A DNA stretch of 64,000 nucleotides from a virus, in IMG/VR virus record IMGVR_UViG_3300025131_000007, positions 32,001-96,000 of that record; one strand, 5' to 3'. Below are positions 47,112 to 57,100 of this stretch, in pieces. A program made the translations under genes and the position numbers. A model generated the notes under the pieces. That model saw only the letters and a program-made list of their open reading frames with translations. It did not search any database and was not told the origin of the DNA. Every line of letters starts with the position of its first letter. Position 1 is the stretch's first letter.

Positions 47112-47519
47112 ATGGATTGGTTAATAGGAACGTTATTATTTATCTCCGGTTTTATTTTTAGCCGAGTGCTTTATTTCTTTACAGCTTCAGCGTTATCTTA
47201 TAAAATAATGAAAGCTGCTAATTTAAGCGCGCTTCACATGTTTGTCAAGAGTTTCGAACGTTTGGTTTATTATAACAATCTCGCTCTTGCTGACTATGTT
47301 AATCGCGGCGAAAGTGAGCGCAATATTGAAATATTTCAATCTAAGCTCGATGATGAGTTGTCTCTGTTTAAGGATCGGTGCGTGGGTACCCTCCTGGAAA
47401 CCACTCCGAGCTTGTTTCGTCAATCTGCCGACTTTGAAGATTGGACTAGCGCGATGGTTTATCTCCACGCCAATCGACAGTTTGTGTTGGAACTAATAAA
47501 GGACAACGAAAATGATTAA
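47112..47519 (+). CDS. membrane-anchored hypothetical protein
   Basis: GGAG RBS before MDWLIG; N-terminal hydrophobic helix. Confidence 0.55.
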   Translation: MDWLIGTLLFISGFIFSRVLYFFTASALSYKIMKAANLSALHMFVKSFERLVYYNNLALADYVNRGESERNIEIFQSKLDDELSLFKDRCVGTLLETTPSLFRQSADFEDWTSAMVYLHANRQFVLELIKDNEND

Positions 47520-48147
47520 AAAGATTGTTAAGAAATTGATTGGAAATGATGAAGGGGAACGACGCGGCCCGATGGTGATTTTGGATGCGGCAGAAGAATT
47601 TATGCCTAAAGAGCCAGACTTGCGCACTATCGGGTTGTTCGCAGATATTCAAGAGGAAAAGGTTGCCGAAATAATTCATGCGCTGATCTACCTCAACGAG
47701 ACTAATAAACTTGAAAAAGATGAGAAAAAACGTAAACCTATTGAATTCTATCTCTCAACTTATGGGGGCAGCGCAGATGATATGTTTGCACTCTATGATG
47801 TAATGAAGGTTATTCGGGATGAAACAGAACTTCATACGTATGGGTTGGGGAAAGTAATGTCTGCCGGAGTATTAATTTTAGCGGCGGGAACAAAAGGAAA
47901 GAGGAAGATCGGTAAAAATTGTAGAGTAATGCTCCATTCGGTGATTGCGGGAAACCACGGCCCCCTCCACAACTTAGTGAACGAGATGGATGCTATTAAA
48001 CATTTGCAACAAATTTATATTAATTGTTTAGTAGAAGAAACAAAAATGAGCGAATCGGAGATCAAAAAGATGCTCGAACAAAAAGTTAACGTCTATTTAT
48101 CAGCAGAAGAAGCAGTTGAGTTAGGAATTGCTGATATCATTGCGTGA
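47512..48147 (+). CDS. clpP: ClpP-family protease
   Basis: YLSTYGGS, VMSAG (Ser), MLHS (His) and YLSAEEAVELGIAD; the catalytic Asp position appears to be Asn. Confidence 0.88.
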   Translation: MIKKIVKKLIGNDEGERRGPMVILDAAEEFMPKEPDLRTIGLFADIQEEKVAEIIHALIYLNETNKLEKDEKKRKPIEFYLSTYGGSADDMFALYDVMKVIRDETELHTYGLGKVMSAGVLILAAGTKGKRKIGKNCRVMLHSVIAGNHGPLHNLVNEMDAIKHLQQIYINCLVEETKMSESEIKKMLEQKVNVYLSAEEAVELGIADIIA

Positions 48148-48156
48148 GGTAAACGA

Positions 48157-49866
48157 ATGTCTGATTTAAAAAGTATTTTAGCGGAAGAATATCGAAAACA
48201 GAACTCTCGCATAACTAGAGTGGGTGCTGATCTTTCTCTAAAAAATTTAATGGAAATGGTAGAAGATGTTTTTTCTACAAAAAACACTTCACTTGCTGAA
48301 AGAATCACATCCGATATATCATTTGGCGATCAGACAATGACTCTCAGTATGATACCAGAGATAGCGGTGTCTGAACTTGGATGGTCCGACGTGGCGACCG
48401 GAGAAGAAGGGTCAGAAATTGCCGGCCCACAACGGCAGTTATTGCAAGGATATTTGGACAATATCGCCGGCGATACTCTCTCTGCGAAACTGGCAAGTCT
48501 GGATAAGTTCTATCAAGAAGGCTATGTCGGAATTGGTGCAGACAATGAAGACAGTAGAGCCCGGATTATTAAAAATACTTTGTCATATCTTGTGTTCTAT
48601 AAAACGCTCACCACAGTTATAACCAACTTCAATGCCGCATCCGCTGGGTTTAGTTTTGAATCTTTCTTGGCAACTCTTTTGAAAGGGAGACAGGTGCCTG
48701 CGAATACGGGAACTATTGCAGACTTCATAGCCGGAGAAGAATTCGGTGGAGAATATATTAGTCTCAAACTCTATAACGAAGGTAGTGTGGAAGTTGGCGG
48801 AAGCTTCTCTGATTTAGTTGACGATGTGGTCAATGACAATATAGGCAACAAGATGCGCTATTTGGTGGTTCTCAAAAATCTCAAAGGTGCAGGGCTAAAT
48901 CAGCGAGGTGCATTGACTTTTTATACTTTTGAATTTACTCTCGAAAACATTGCAGACATTATTGCTGCCATGGCAAATGAAAAATATGCAAAATGTATTA
49001 TTTTTCCTCTCATTAAAGATCCAGCCGCACCTGGGGGTGCTCGTTTGGCTACACCGGGAGAGGAAGAAATTCCGGGACGAATCAAGGTGACTCCGGAGCA
49101 ATTCAATAACCTTTATAAGAACACTCTCAAAGATTACTTAGTGGAACTGTCGGTCTATCCAGAGGAAGTCATAAACAAAATTATTCAGATGCCCGAATTT
49201 ACTTATGGCGATGGCGAATATGTAGGAAAAGGAACCAGTAGCATTCCGGTTGGTGTGGCCCAGAGAGAGTTGCGACAAGCTTTTGCCAATACGAAATACG
49301 AAGAAGCACTTGCTGACACCCAATATATCAAAGGAATCACCGGCGCATTGAAAAAGGCGATGGCACACGCTGAGACGATACTGAAGAAAGACCCAACAGC
49401 AGCAAGAAAAGCTACAATTTCTCAGATACTTCCGCAGTTTAAAAATATTACATATCCTACCAAGAAAAGAAAAGGAAATGTTGTAAAACTTGTTCAACAA
49501 TCCCGAGATTGGTATAATCAACAAGATGATACAACGAAAAAACAAGCTCTCCAATTGTCCAATGGATATCTAAACACCTTGAAATTTTCTATGAACAAGA
49601 CCCTCTCCACTACTGACACTGACCCCGTTAACGCTCAGAATTTGGGAGTCATTAATGTTGGTGCCGAGTACATTGAAAGAATGTTGTCACAAGTGAGAGA
49701 CATCCTCAACGCGCAGGTGTTCGAAATTTTTACTTCCTTGAAGGATTTGTCGGATAATTTGAACAACTACTTTGCGAGTGGTTTGGCTAATGATGCGCAG
49801 GCCGAAAACGCAATCAATGACGCAGAAAACATTCAGAGTAAAACTGAAGAAATTAGAGATAAATAA
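48157..49866 (+). CDS. hypothetical protein with nuclease-like motif, probable late/virion protein
   Basis: GFSFESFLA..IADF..ISLKLY; N-terminal ILAE/LME/LAE sites; CTATTTA at 48093. Confidence 0.45.
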   Translation: MSDLKSILAEEYRKQNSRITRVGADLSLKNLMEMVEDVFSTKNTSLAERITSDISFGDQTMTLSMIPEIAVSELGWSDVATGEEGSEIAGPQRQLLQGYLDNIAGDTLSAKLASLDKFYQEGYVGIGADNEDSRARIIKNTLSYLVFYKTLTTVITNFNAASAGFSFESFLATLLKGRQVPANTGTIADFIAGEEFGGEYISLKLYNEGSVEVGGSFSDLVDDVVNDNIGNKMRYLVVLKNLKGAGLNQRGALTFYTFEFTLENIADIIAAMANEKYAKCIIFPLIKDPAAPGGARLATPGEEEIPGRIKVTPEQFNNLYKNTLKDYLVELSVYPEEVINKIIQMPEFTYGDGEYVGKGTSSIPVGVAQRELRQAFANTKYEEALADTQYIKGITGALKKAMAHAETILKKDPTAARKATISQILPQFKNITYPTKKRKGNVVKLVQQSRDWYNQQDDTTKKQALQLSNGYLNTLKFSMNKTLSTTDTDPVNAQNLGVINVGAEYIERMLSQVRDILNAQVFEIFTSLKDLSDNLNNYFASGLANDAQAENAINDAENIQSKTEEIRDK

Positions 49867-49867
49867 C

Positions 49868-49896
49868 TTGACAAACAAACCAAATGTGGTTATATT
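49868..49896 (+). promoter_or_regulatory. sigma70-type promoter for groEL
   Basis: Intergenic TTGACA-17 nt-TATATT. Confidence 0.8.
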
Positions 49897-49923
49897 ATTA
49901 ATATGTCTAAATAGAGAAAGAAG

Positions 49924-51495
49924 ATGAATAGGGAATATGAAAACAATAGAGACCTTCAACAACGTCTTTTGAATGGTGCCAACACTTTAGCTGATAATGT
50001 AGCATCCACGCTGGGCCCTCGGGGTCGCAATGTGTTATTGCAAGAAAAAGATAAACAACCTTTCATCACAAAAGATGGAGTAACGGTGGCTGCGTTTGTC
50101 GAATTGGCAGATCCTTTTGAGAACGCCGGCGCACAAATCATTCGTCAGGCAGCTATTGAAACCAACAACAAAGCAGGCGATGGCACCACAACTTCTACCG
50201 TGTTGGCACGTGCCATTTTGCGTGAAGCCCAAAAACATATCGCTTCTGGCGCGTCACCCATTGAATTGCAGAGGGGGATCGAATTAGCTACGCGAGAGGC
50301 TACGAAATTGCTAGCCGAAGCAGCTATTCCAGTGACAAGCACTGACGATATTGAACACATCGCCACCATCTCTGCTAATAATGATGAAACTATTGGAAAA
50401 CTTATTGCGCTAGCTGTTGATAAGGTGGGTCAAGATGGCTCGATTACAATTGAAGAATCACGCTCACTGGAAACGTCACTAGATGTGACCGAGGGCTTTC
50501 GATTAGACGCTGGTTTTTGTGCTGGTGCGTTTGTGACTGATCAACGTCGGAATATGATGATTCATCAGGATCCTCTCTTCTTAATTACTGATCATAAAAT
50601 TAGCACGGTGGATCAAATTTTACCAGTGTTGGAGATGATCTCGCGGGAAGCTAGACCTCTTGTTATTGTAGCTGAGGATGTCGAGGGGCAAGCTCTGGCG
50701 GCATTGATTATGAATTCTATGCGCGGCACACTTAAAGTGGCAGCAATTCGCGGCCCCGAATATGGCGAAGAACGCAGAAGCACCTTGGATGATCTAGCAC
50801 TTTCTACTGGTGCAACGTTTATTACTCGAGAAAGCGGGGTCAAATTGGCTGATGTAAAAATGGCACAGCTAGGAACTGCCAAATCTATTGAAAGCACTAA
50901 AATCACTTCCACCATTGTAGGTGGTAATTGTGATTTTGAGGCTGTAGAAAGCCGCATAGAGACATTAAAAAATACTATTGATGGCACAGACGACCTTCAA
51001 GAATGTGCTCGCATACAGGGGCGTATTGTGCGACTTTCATCGGGTGTGGCAGTAGTTCGTGTGGGCGGCGCAACATCGGTGGAGATGACAGAAAAGAAAC
51101 ATCGTGTAGAAGATGCCCTTGAAGCAGTGCGGTCAGCCCAGGAAGAAGGGATAGTCTGCGGAGGGGGCACCGCATTGTTGCGTGTCTCCGCTACATTGAA
51201 GGTGGTAACCCCCAATAGAGAACAGGCACTCGGGGCACTCATCGTAAAGGAAGCGTGTAAAGAACCGTTACGCCAAATGGCGCTCAATGCGGGGGAGTCG
51301 CCTGACATGATTACTGCCCAAGTGTTAGCATGTGATGTAAATGTGGGGTGGGATTTTCGCCATCGAAAGATGGCTAATATGATAATGGAGGGAATTGTTG
51401 ATCCCGTCAAGGTGACGCGAACTGCGTTAGAGAACGCAGCTAGTTGCGCTGGAACTCTGATTACTACAAATTACGGGATTATTCAGACAGGATAA
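49924..51495 (+). CDS. groEL: chaperonin GroEL
   Basis: TLGPRGRNV, ITKDGVTVA, GDGTTT, ATISANND, EDAL and DPVKVTR; no GGM tail. Confidence 0.95.
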   Translation: MNREYENNRDLQQRLLNGANTLADNVASTLGPRGRNVLLQEKDKQPFITKDGVTVAAFVELADPFENAGAQIIRQAAIETNNKAGDGTTTSTVLARAILREAQKHIASGASPIELQRGIELATREATKLLAEAAIPVTSTDDIEHIATISANNDETIGKLIALAVDKVGQDGSITIEESRSLETSLDVTEGFRLDAGFCAGAFVTDQRRNMMIHQDPLFLITDHKISTVDQILPVLEMISREARPLVIVAEDVEGQALAALIMNSMRGTLKVAAIRGPEYGEERRSTLDDLALSTGATFITRESGVKLADVKMAQLGTAKSIESTKITSTIVGGNCDFEAVESRIETLKNTIDGTDDLQECARIQGRIVRLSSGVAVVRVGGATSVEMTEKKHRVEDALEAVRSAQEEGIVCGGGTALLRVSATLKVVTPNREQALGALIVKEACKEPLRQMALNAGESPDMITAQVLACDVNVGWDFRHRKMANMIMEGIVDPVKVTRTALENAASCAGTLITTNYGIIQTG

Positions 51496-51499
51496 AATT

Positions 51500-51745
51500 A
51501 TGGATATTATACAGAAGGGTGATTTAATACATATTCCTCAAGGGGTATTTCTTTTATCCGAAAAGGGTGCAGCACACCACAAAACCGATCGACCTCGCAC
51601 TGCTTTGTTTTTAGGAGAAACATCTATAGCTAAGTGGGGTATAGACTGTCATGGGCGCGTTCTTTTGGATGGCAGAGAGTTCAACGTAAGATCGGATCAC
51701 ATTTATTTACTCAAAGAACAGGAGAAGAAGTCAAATGTTAGTTAA
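51500..51745 (+). CDS. small SH3-like protein
   Basis: KGDLIHIP N-terminus. Confidence 0.45.
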   Translation: MDIIQKGDLIHIPQGVFLLSEKGAAHHKTDRPRTALFLGETSIAKWGIDCHGRVLLDGREFNVRSDHIYLLKEQEKKSNVS

Positions 51746-52040
51746 ACTTACAGAGATCTGCTCAAACGGAGCGGTGACCGTGGGGCAAAATTATAAATTG
51801 AGAGAAGTTTTTGTCAATCCTGAACATGTAATAATGATTCGAGAAGATGTGCGTGTAAAACAGCTTAATGAAAGCGGCTTGTTGAATCTTCCCGGTCGAG
51901 AAAAGCTTAATATGGAGCACCGCTTCTCTAAGGTGACCATAAACCGAGGACACACAGGGTCTGAAATTGTTGTGGTTGGCGCGCCAGAAACCATTGAGAA
52001 TATTCTCAAAAAACAAGAACGTCACATTTTACGTGGATAG
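51735..52040 (+). CDS. FlbD/SwrD-like small protein
   Basis: MLVKLTEI...VFVNPEHVIMIRE...EIVVVGAPETIENIL. Confidence 0.45.
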   Translation: MLVKLTEICSNGAVTVGQNYKLREVFVNPEHVIMIREDVRVKQLNESGLLNLPGREKLNMEHRFSKVTINRGHTGSEIVVVGAPETIENILKKQERHILRG

Positions 52041-52043
52041 GCA

Positions 52044-52343
52044 ATGGCACAACGTGTAAATTTAACATACTCCATCAAGCTAGAAGATTTGGAATTAGAA
52101 GTTAAGCGCATTTTGAATCGCACCCTTGATCAGCTTGAAGAAGCGTATACCGACTACGATCACCTTACAGAAATCGCCAAGATCTTATCTGTCGATACAT
52201 TTAATGAGGTTAATAAATTACGCGAAGAGTTAACCAATCTTGACCATGTGTTGGCAGATGTTAATAATATTCTTTCTTCTTATTTGAATTACGAGGCACA
52301 AGAGACGATGGCATCTCCTACGACTACCGACGACGCTGAGTAG
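52044..52343 (+). CDS. coiled-coil hypothetical protein
   Basis: Heptad-rich 99-aa ORF within the operon. Confidence 0.55.
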   Translation: MAQRVNLTYSIKLEDLELEVKRILNRTLDQLEEAYTDYDHLTEIAKILSVDTFNEVNKLREELTNLDHVLADVNNILSSYLNYEAQETMASPTTTDDAE

Positions 52344-52348
52344 GATCG

Positions 52349-53122
52349 ATGCTTTATAAGTCACCCCTGCGCCATCCGACCCATAAAAATCTGAGTTTAG
52401 GGAGGATAAAAGAACTGATTCCTTCAGGCAATAGTGTGGATACTTATAATTTTTATGACGGTCAAATGGAAATCAATCTAGCATCCTACGACCGACGTAT
52501 TTATGCTTATACGACGAGTTATTATGTTTATGAATTTTGGAAGTGTGTGGAAAACGATCGTGATGAAGTTTATCATAAAGTAACGAGTGATTATTATAAA
52601 TTTGATGCCACGGCATTTCCTTTATTGCAGGATACATGGTATACCCAGCGCATTCCCCACGTGCGGGCTGCCCTGTTTTATATCTTAAGTTTATGTTCTT
52701 CGTCAGGGAGGGCATCAAGCGGCGAGATAGATTATGAGAATTTCCACTCCCTGGCTTTGCAGTATTTAAAAACATATAAAAAGCCACCTACATTAGAAAT
52801 CTTCCATCGGCCGGGGGCAGATATTGTCGAATGTATTGATAATAATAGTAACGCCGATTTCTTTTTATTTCCCAATCTTAAATTTTCCTATAACTTGTTC
52901 GACGAAGGAAAAAGCCGAGCATGGGAAGAAACCTCAGTCAACCACAAAGCATTGAGGAACGCCCTGGCAGATTTAGATGACAATAAGTGGATCTTAACCT
53001 ACCTATACCACCCAGCACTTCCTTCGTTTTTTCAGTCATATAATATAACTTTAATTGGGGAGTTCGGCAACAAAGTATCTGACCCCCATTCGGCTCGGGA
53101 AATGGTGATATGCAATTTTTAA
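52349..53122 (+). CDS. degenerate D12-class (Dam-like) methyltransferase fold
   Basis: KSPLRHP start, RAALFY, KWILTY and REMVICNF end match the family outline; FxGxG and DPPY are absent. Confidence 0.5.
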   Translation: MLYKSPLRHPTHKNLSLGRIKELIPSGNSVDTYNFYDGQMEINLASYDRRIYAYTTSYYVYEFWKCVENDRDEVYHKVTSDYYKFDATAFPLLQDTWYTQRIPHVRAALFYILSLCSSSGRASSGEIDYENFHSLALQYLKTYKKPPTLEIFHRPGADIVECIDNNSNADFFLFPNLKFSYNLFDEGKSRAWEETSVNHKALRNALADLDDNKWILTYLYHPALPSFFQSYNITLIGEFGNKVSDPHSAREMVICNF

Positions 53123-53716
53123 TTATTTACGCACACTATCATATAACATCATCATGGCTTGATGGATATCTTTTTCACTAATAACAGGAGGAATCTCAAT
53201 AATCATGGGCTCGATGGTTTCGACTTCTATGGTAGGGCGTTGACCGTAGGGGTCTTTTTGTCGGGATGTGGTGCTTTTGTGAACTATTCGAGACTTTTTG
53301 TGTCGTATATAAGAAGATTGACCCAACATTGCCCCCATCGGATCCATCAGCATTAAGCTCAAGGTTGCGCGCTCGCTGTCTAGGGTGATGGTGCTTTTTA
53401 AAATCCATAGCCCATTTTGGCTACTACATCCAATAGGATCTTTTATGAAATCACAATCGGGATAAGTTAAATTAACGGTGTCTTTGCTGTAAATGGTTGA
53501 GATTTTACCTGCATGAAACCACACATGGTGGTGGGTGTTGGCGGCTACAAAAAGCGAATCTAGATCATTTCTATAAGTACATTCATTCTCACATACAATT
53601 TTAACTGGTTCCATATAGATTTCTTCATACCTTCGACCTTGCACGATAAGGTGCGCATTTTCTTTTTCCCCATCCCACGCTTGCGCAACAAAAAGACTTA
53701 AAAATAACATAAACAT
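53123..53716 (-). CDS. secreted hypothetical protein
   Basis: Signal peptide MFMLFLSLFVAQA, GGAGG RBS and CTATTTA motif (53735-53741) on the minus strand; the only convincing minus-strand gene. Confidence 0.65.
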   Translation of the reverse strand: MFMLFLSLFVAQAWDGEKENAHLIVQGRRYEEIYMEPVKIVCENECTYRNDLDSLFVAANTHHHVWFHAGKISTIYSKDTVNLTYPDCDFIKDPIGCSSQNGLWILKSTITLDSERATLSLMLMDPMGAMLGQSSYIRHKKSRIVHKSTTSRQKDPYGQRPTIEVETIEPMIIEIPPVISEKDIHQAMMMLYDSVRK

Positions 53717-53775
53717 TAAAAATAACCTCCAAAATAAATAGTGGAGAATACATAAAATAGAAATGAGGATTGATT

Positions 53776-54105
53776 ATGGATAGAATAGAAAAACCTTGGG
53801 GCTATGAATTAATTTGGGCTCACACCGCTGACTATGTTGGGAAATTATTGTTTATTAACGCTGGGCATCGTTTATCTAAACAATATCATAAAACTAAAGA
53901 AGAAACAGTGTATGTTGTGAGTGGTATTTTGTATAATTATGACGAAAATGATAGAGTAACTCAGATTTTGGCTGGGGAGTCATTTCATGTTTCACCGGGC
54001 CAAATTCATCGGTTCGGTGCCAACGAGATGCACGTGCAGCTTATAGAGGTGAGCACTCCCTACCTGGATGACGTGGTGAGATTAGAAGATGATTACGACA
54101 GATAA
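53776..54105 (+). CDS. cupin (mannose-6-phosphate isomerase-like)
   Basis: KPWGYE, LSKQYH..KEET, IHRF and EVSTP. Confidence 0.85.
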   Translation: MDRIEKPWGYELIWAHTADYVGKLLFINAGHRLSKQYHKTKEETVYVVSGILYNYDENDRVTQILAGESFHVSPGQIHRFGANEMHVQLIEVSTPYLDDVVRLEDDYDR

Positions 54106-54119
54106 TACGGAATTAGAAA

Positions 54120-54126
54120 CTATTTA
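54120..54126 (+). promoter_or_regulatory. putative late promoter motif (CTATTTA)
   Basis: Intergenic, upstream of 54150. Confidence 0.55.
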
Positions 54127-54149
54127 TTGTATTATTGAGGTTTTTTGAT

Positions 54150-57100
54150 ATGACAAACGCAACCGACAACTGGTTTAGAAAATTAAATGAAGAGCGATAC
54201 GACATGCTCACAGAAGCAAAGGTCGAAGACTTCAACTTACCCGATATTATTGTCGGAAAGGTTCGGGCTTATCTCCACGGCACATCCGAAAAGGGTCGCA
54301 TTTGGGCAGCAGAACAATGGAAAGAACAGCCGATGCCCGCAACTGAGGCTTGGAAAAATAAATTTGTTAACCCAACCATTGAGGAAATTGACAAACTTTT
54401 GGATGGACCCCCTGGGCATGAAAAATTGGGTGGTGACAAGTGGGAAGAGTTCAAAGATGACATAAGAAAAGTTGCTTTTATTAGCGATAACTTAGACAAA
54501 GCCCTCACATCTCAGACCGAAGGTGCGCAAGGAAGATTGAAGAAGTCTATCAACAAAGCCGAGAAAGCGTTGAAGCGCAACCCGTATATAAAATCTATCT
54601 TTACATCCGATGAGGAAATGAACGAGAGGCTGGGGGATATCTTCGGAAGAATGAAAGACTTCGCCTACAATACTATGTGGACTGGGTTTTACGAAAACAG
54701 CCGCAATATCTTCACATACTTGAATGACGACCCGAGCAACTACGAATATTTCAAAGGCAAAGATGTTTGGGATCCGGTCGAGATCACTTATTATGACCGC
54801 ACAACAAGAAAGAAAGAAACAGCCGACTTCCAAGACTTGGATACTTATGCCGAATATCTTCTTCAGAACATAGAAGATGAACAAATGATCATCCATACGT
54901 TTGAGGATGGCTCCTATTGGTATGACTTAGACACTCGCCGCTGCTCTGTTGAGGGGCAAAGGATGGGTCACTGCGGCGCCGCCGATGAGGGAACAATGTG
55001 GTCTCTTCGATATATGCCAAAAGGAAGAAAGTGGTCTTCATCTCTGGTTACCATCGAATATGATCAAGATACTGAAACCGTACACCAAATTAAAGGTCGC
55101 GACAACAACGCTCCCCACAAAGGAACTTGGCCACACATTGTATGGTTCATTGATGAAATGGATGTTGAATATATTGCTGAAAGGGGACAGCACTCGGATG
55201 ATCATGAGGGCTTTGAGAAGCTAAGGGAGTATCTTGAAGAGAACACTAATGCAACATTTCGAGATAGCACAGAAGAACAAGCCGAGCAGCTTGAAGAGGA
55301 TCTCCGCGAAATAGAGCGTTCTGTAAACGGTAGGCTTGATCACGGCGGGGTGGATGGCGCCGACAGCGTAGACTACGACGGCGATCACATTTACTATTAC
55401 GCCACGGCTGGAATGACTTATGTTATCCCATTGTTGGGCTGGGAAGGGTTTCAGAGAGGCCCGGAGAACAAATCCTATGTAGCGCGTGGTGAAAATGCGG
55501 TTGGTTTCCGACCTATGCCTTACGACGACGACTTCTACAATTGGAAAGATATAATTCCCAACTATCCTGAAGAAATTGAATGGGATCTCGACGATACCGG
55601 CGGCGCTGTGGAATTGCGAGTGGACGTAACGTGGAGATGCGAAGATTGTAGCGATGCTAGCGACTTTCAATATTTTGCTGACGACTTCGAAACCAGTGTA
55701 GATAATTATTATGATGACACCGTTAATCAGATAACAAAGCTCTTAGCACGAAAAGGCATAATAAATCCCTCTGGTTGGACAACCACAGCAAGGGAGTTAT
55801 CCGATTTGGATCAGCAACTCCAAAACTGGCAAACAGATCTCGACCTTGACGACCTTTCTGACACCATTCGCTTCTGGCTGCACGAAGGAGACAACGATGA
55901 AGTTATAGAGTCTGGGGTGTCTATCCCCTCAGAATATATTACAAGATCCGGTATCCGCGCACAAGATGTCAACCAGATGATTCGCCAAGTGTTCGGGGGA
56001 ACTCATTATGGGGGCATCGAAGTGCGAGCGTCTTCCCTATTTATGGACAGCGTTTTCAACGCCCTCAAGGAGATGGATCGAGAAGCAAACCTCGCAGCCC
56101 AACAACAAACCAGACTTCCAGGTATTCCAGCAGAATACTTCCGCAATATGGTGCAACCTATCAAGCTTTCTGATGATATGGAAGTTTTTCTTAGTGGGTT
56201 CAGACAAAAAGAAACCCTCAGCACCAGCAACCGGTTTGCTCCAATCGAGCTATCATATCGTATCGTTATAGAAATGGACGAAGATGTTTCAAAAGAGAAC
56301 TTGGAAGCAGCGATGAACTTCATGAAGCAAATGGATTCTGACAACAATGTTGAGAAAGTAAAGACTGCTATTAATCAAGTTATACAGGCGCGCCTTCAAA
56401 ATTCAGTTCAACAACAAAATAAAACATATAAAGAAATAGAAGACGGAACCGTTGCGAAGAAATATATTGGACAGATCGTAGACACATACAGCGGCCAGAC
56501 CCACCCATCAGCACAGTCGCGAGTGGAATTTGCAAGGTGGGCAGCAGAAAATATAAAAGATATGAATTCGGTGGAGATATATGTTCTTACACAACTCTAC
56601 CTCAAAGACGTTGCTGGAGGTGGCTGGATCGACTTCAATGCTCAAGAGGATCGTTTCCCACCCTCTTGGGTTCCTCGCGTGAGAACAGAACTGGAAAAAA
56701 GAGGGCACCCTGAGCCCCGCTCCTATCAAGCTGGAGTGCGCGAGTCTATTGAAGACCAAATCATTCGTATTGATAGGCAACTTGCGGAAAGAAAGACAGA
56801 CTTGAGAATTTATCGCGTATATGTTACGGCGGTGGTTTACCCAGAGATAGCTACGGATAAAGAAATTCAAGATCAAATTCGCGGTATTCGGGGAGTGACA
56901 ACGGTTGATCCGATGGCGGTGACTCGAAAGAAGCTGACACCCACATCTTATCGTATTAAATTGGCTATTAAGTTTGAACTCTTGGGGCAATTAAATAGAG
57001 ATGCATATATTCAGAAAAGGCTTCTTCCGCATATGCGAAAAATTAAGGCTCTTGGAACAGTATCGCATCAGCCGAATGTGGAATTGGTGAGCGGCGGTGA

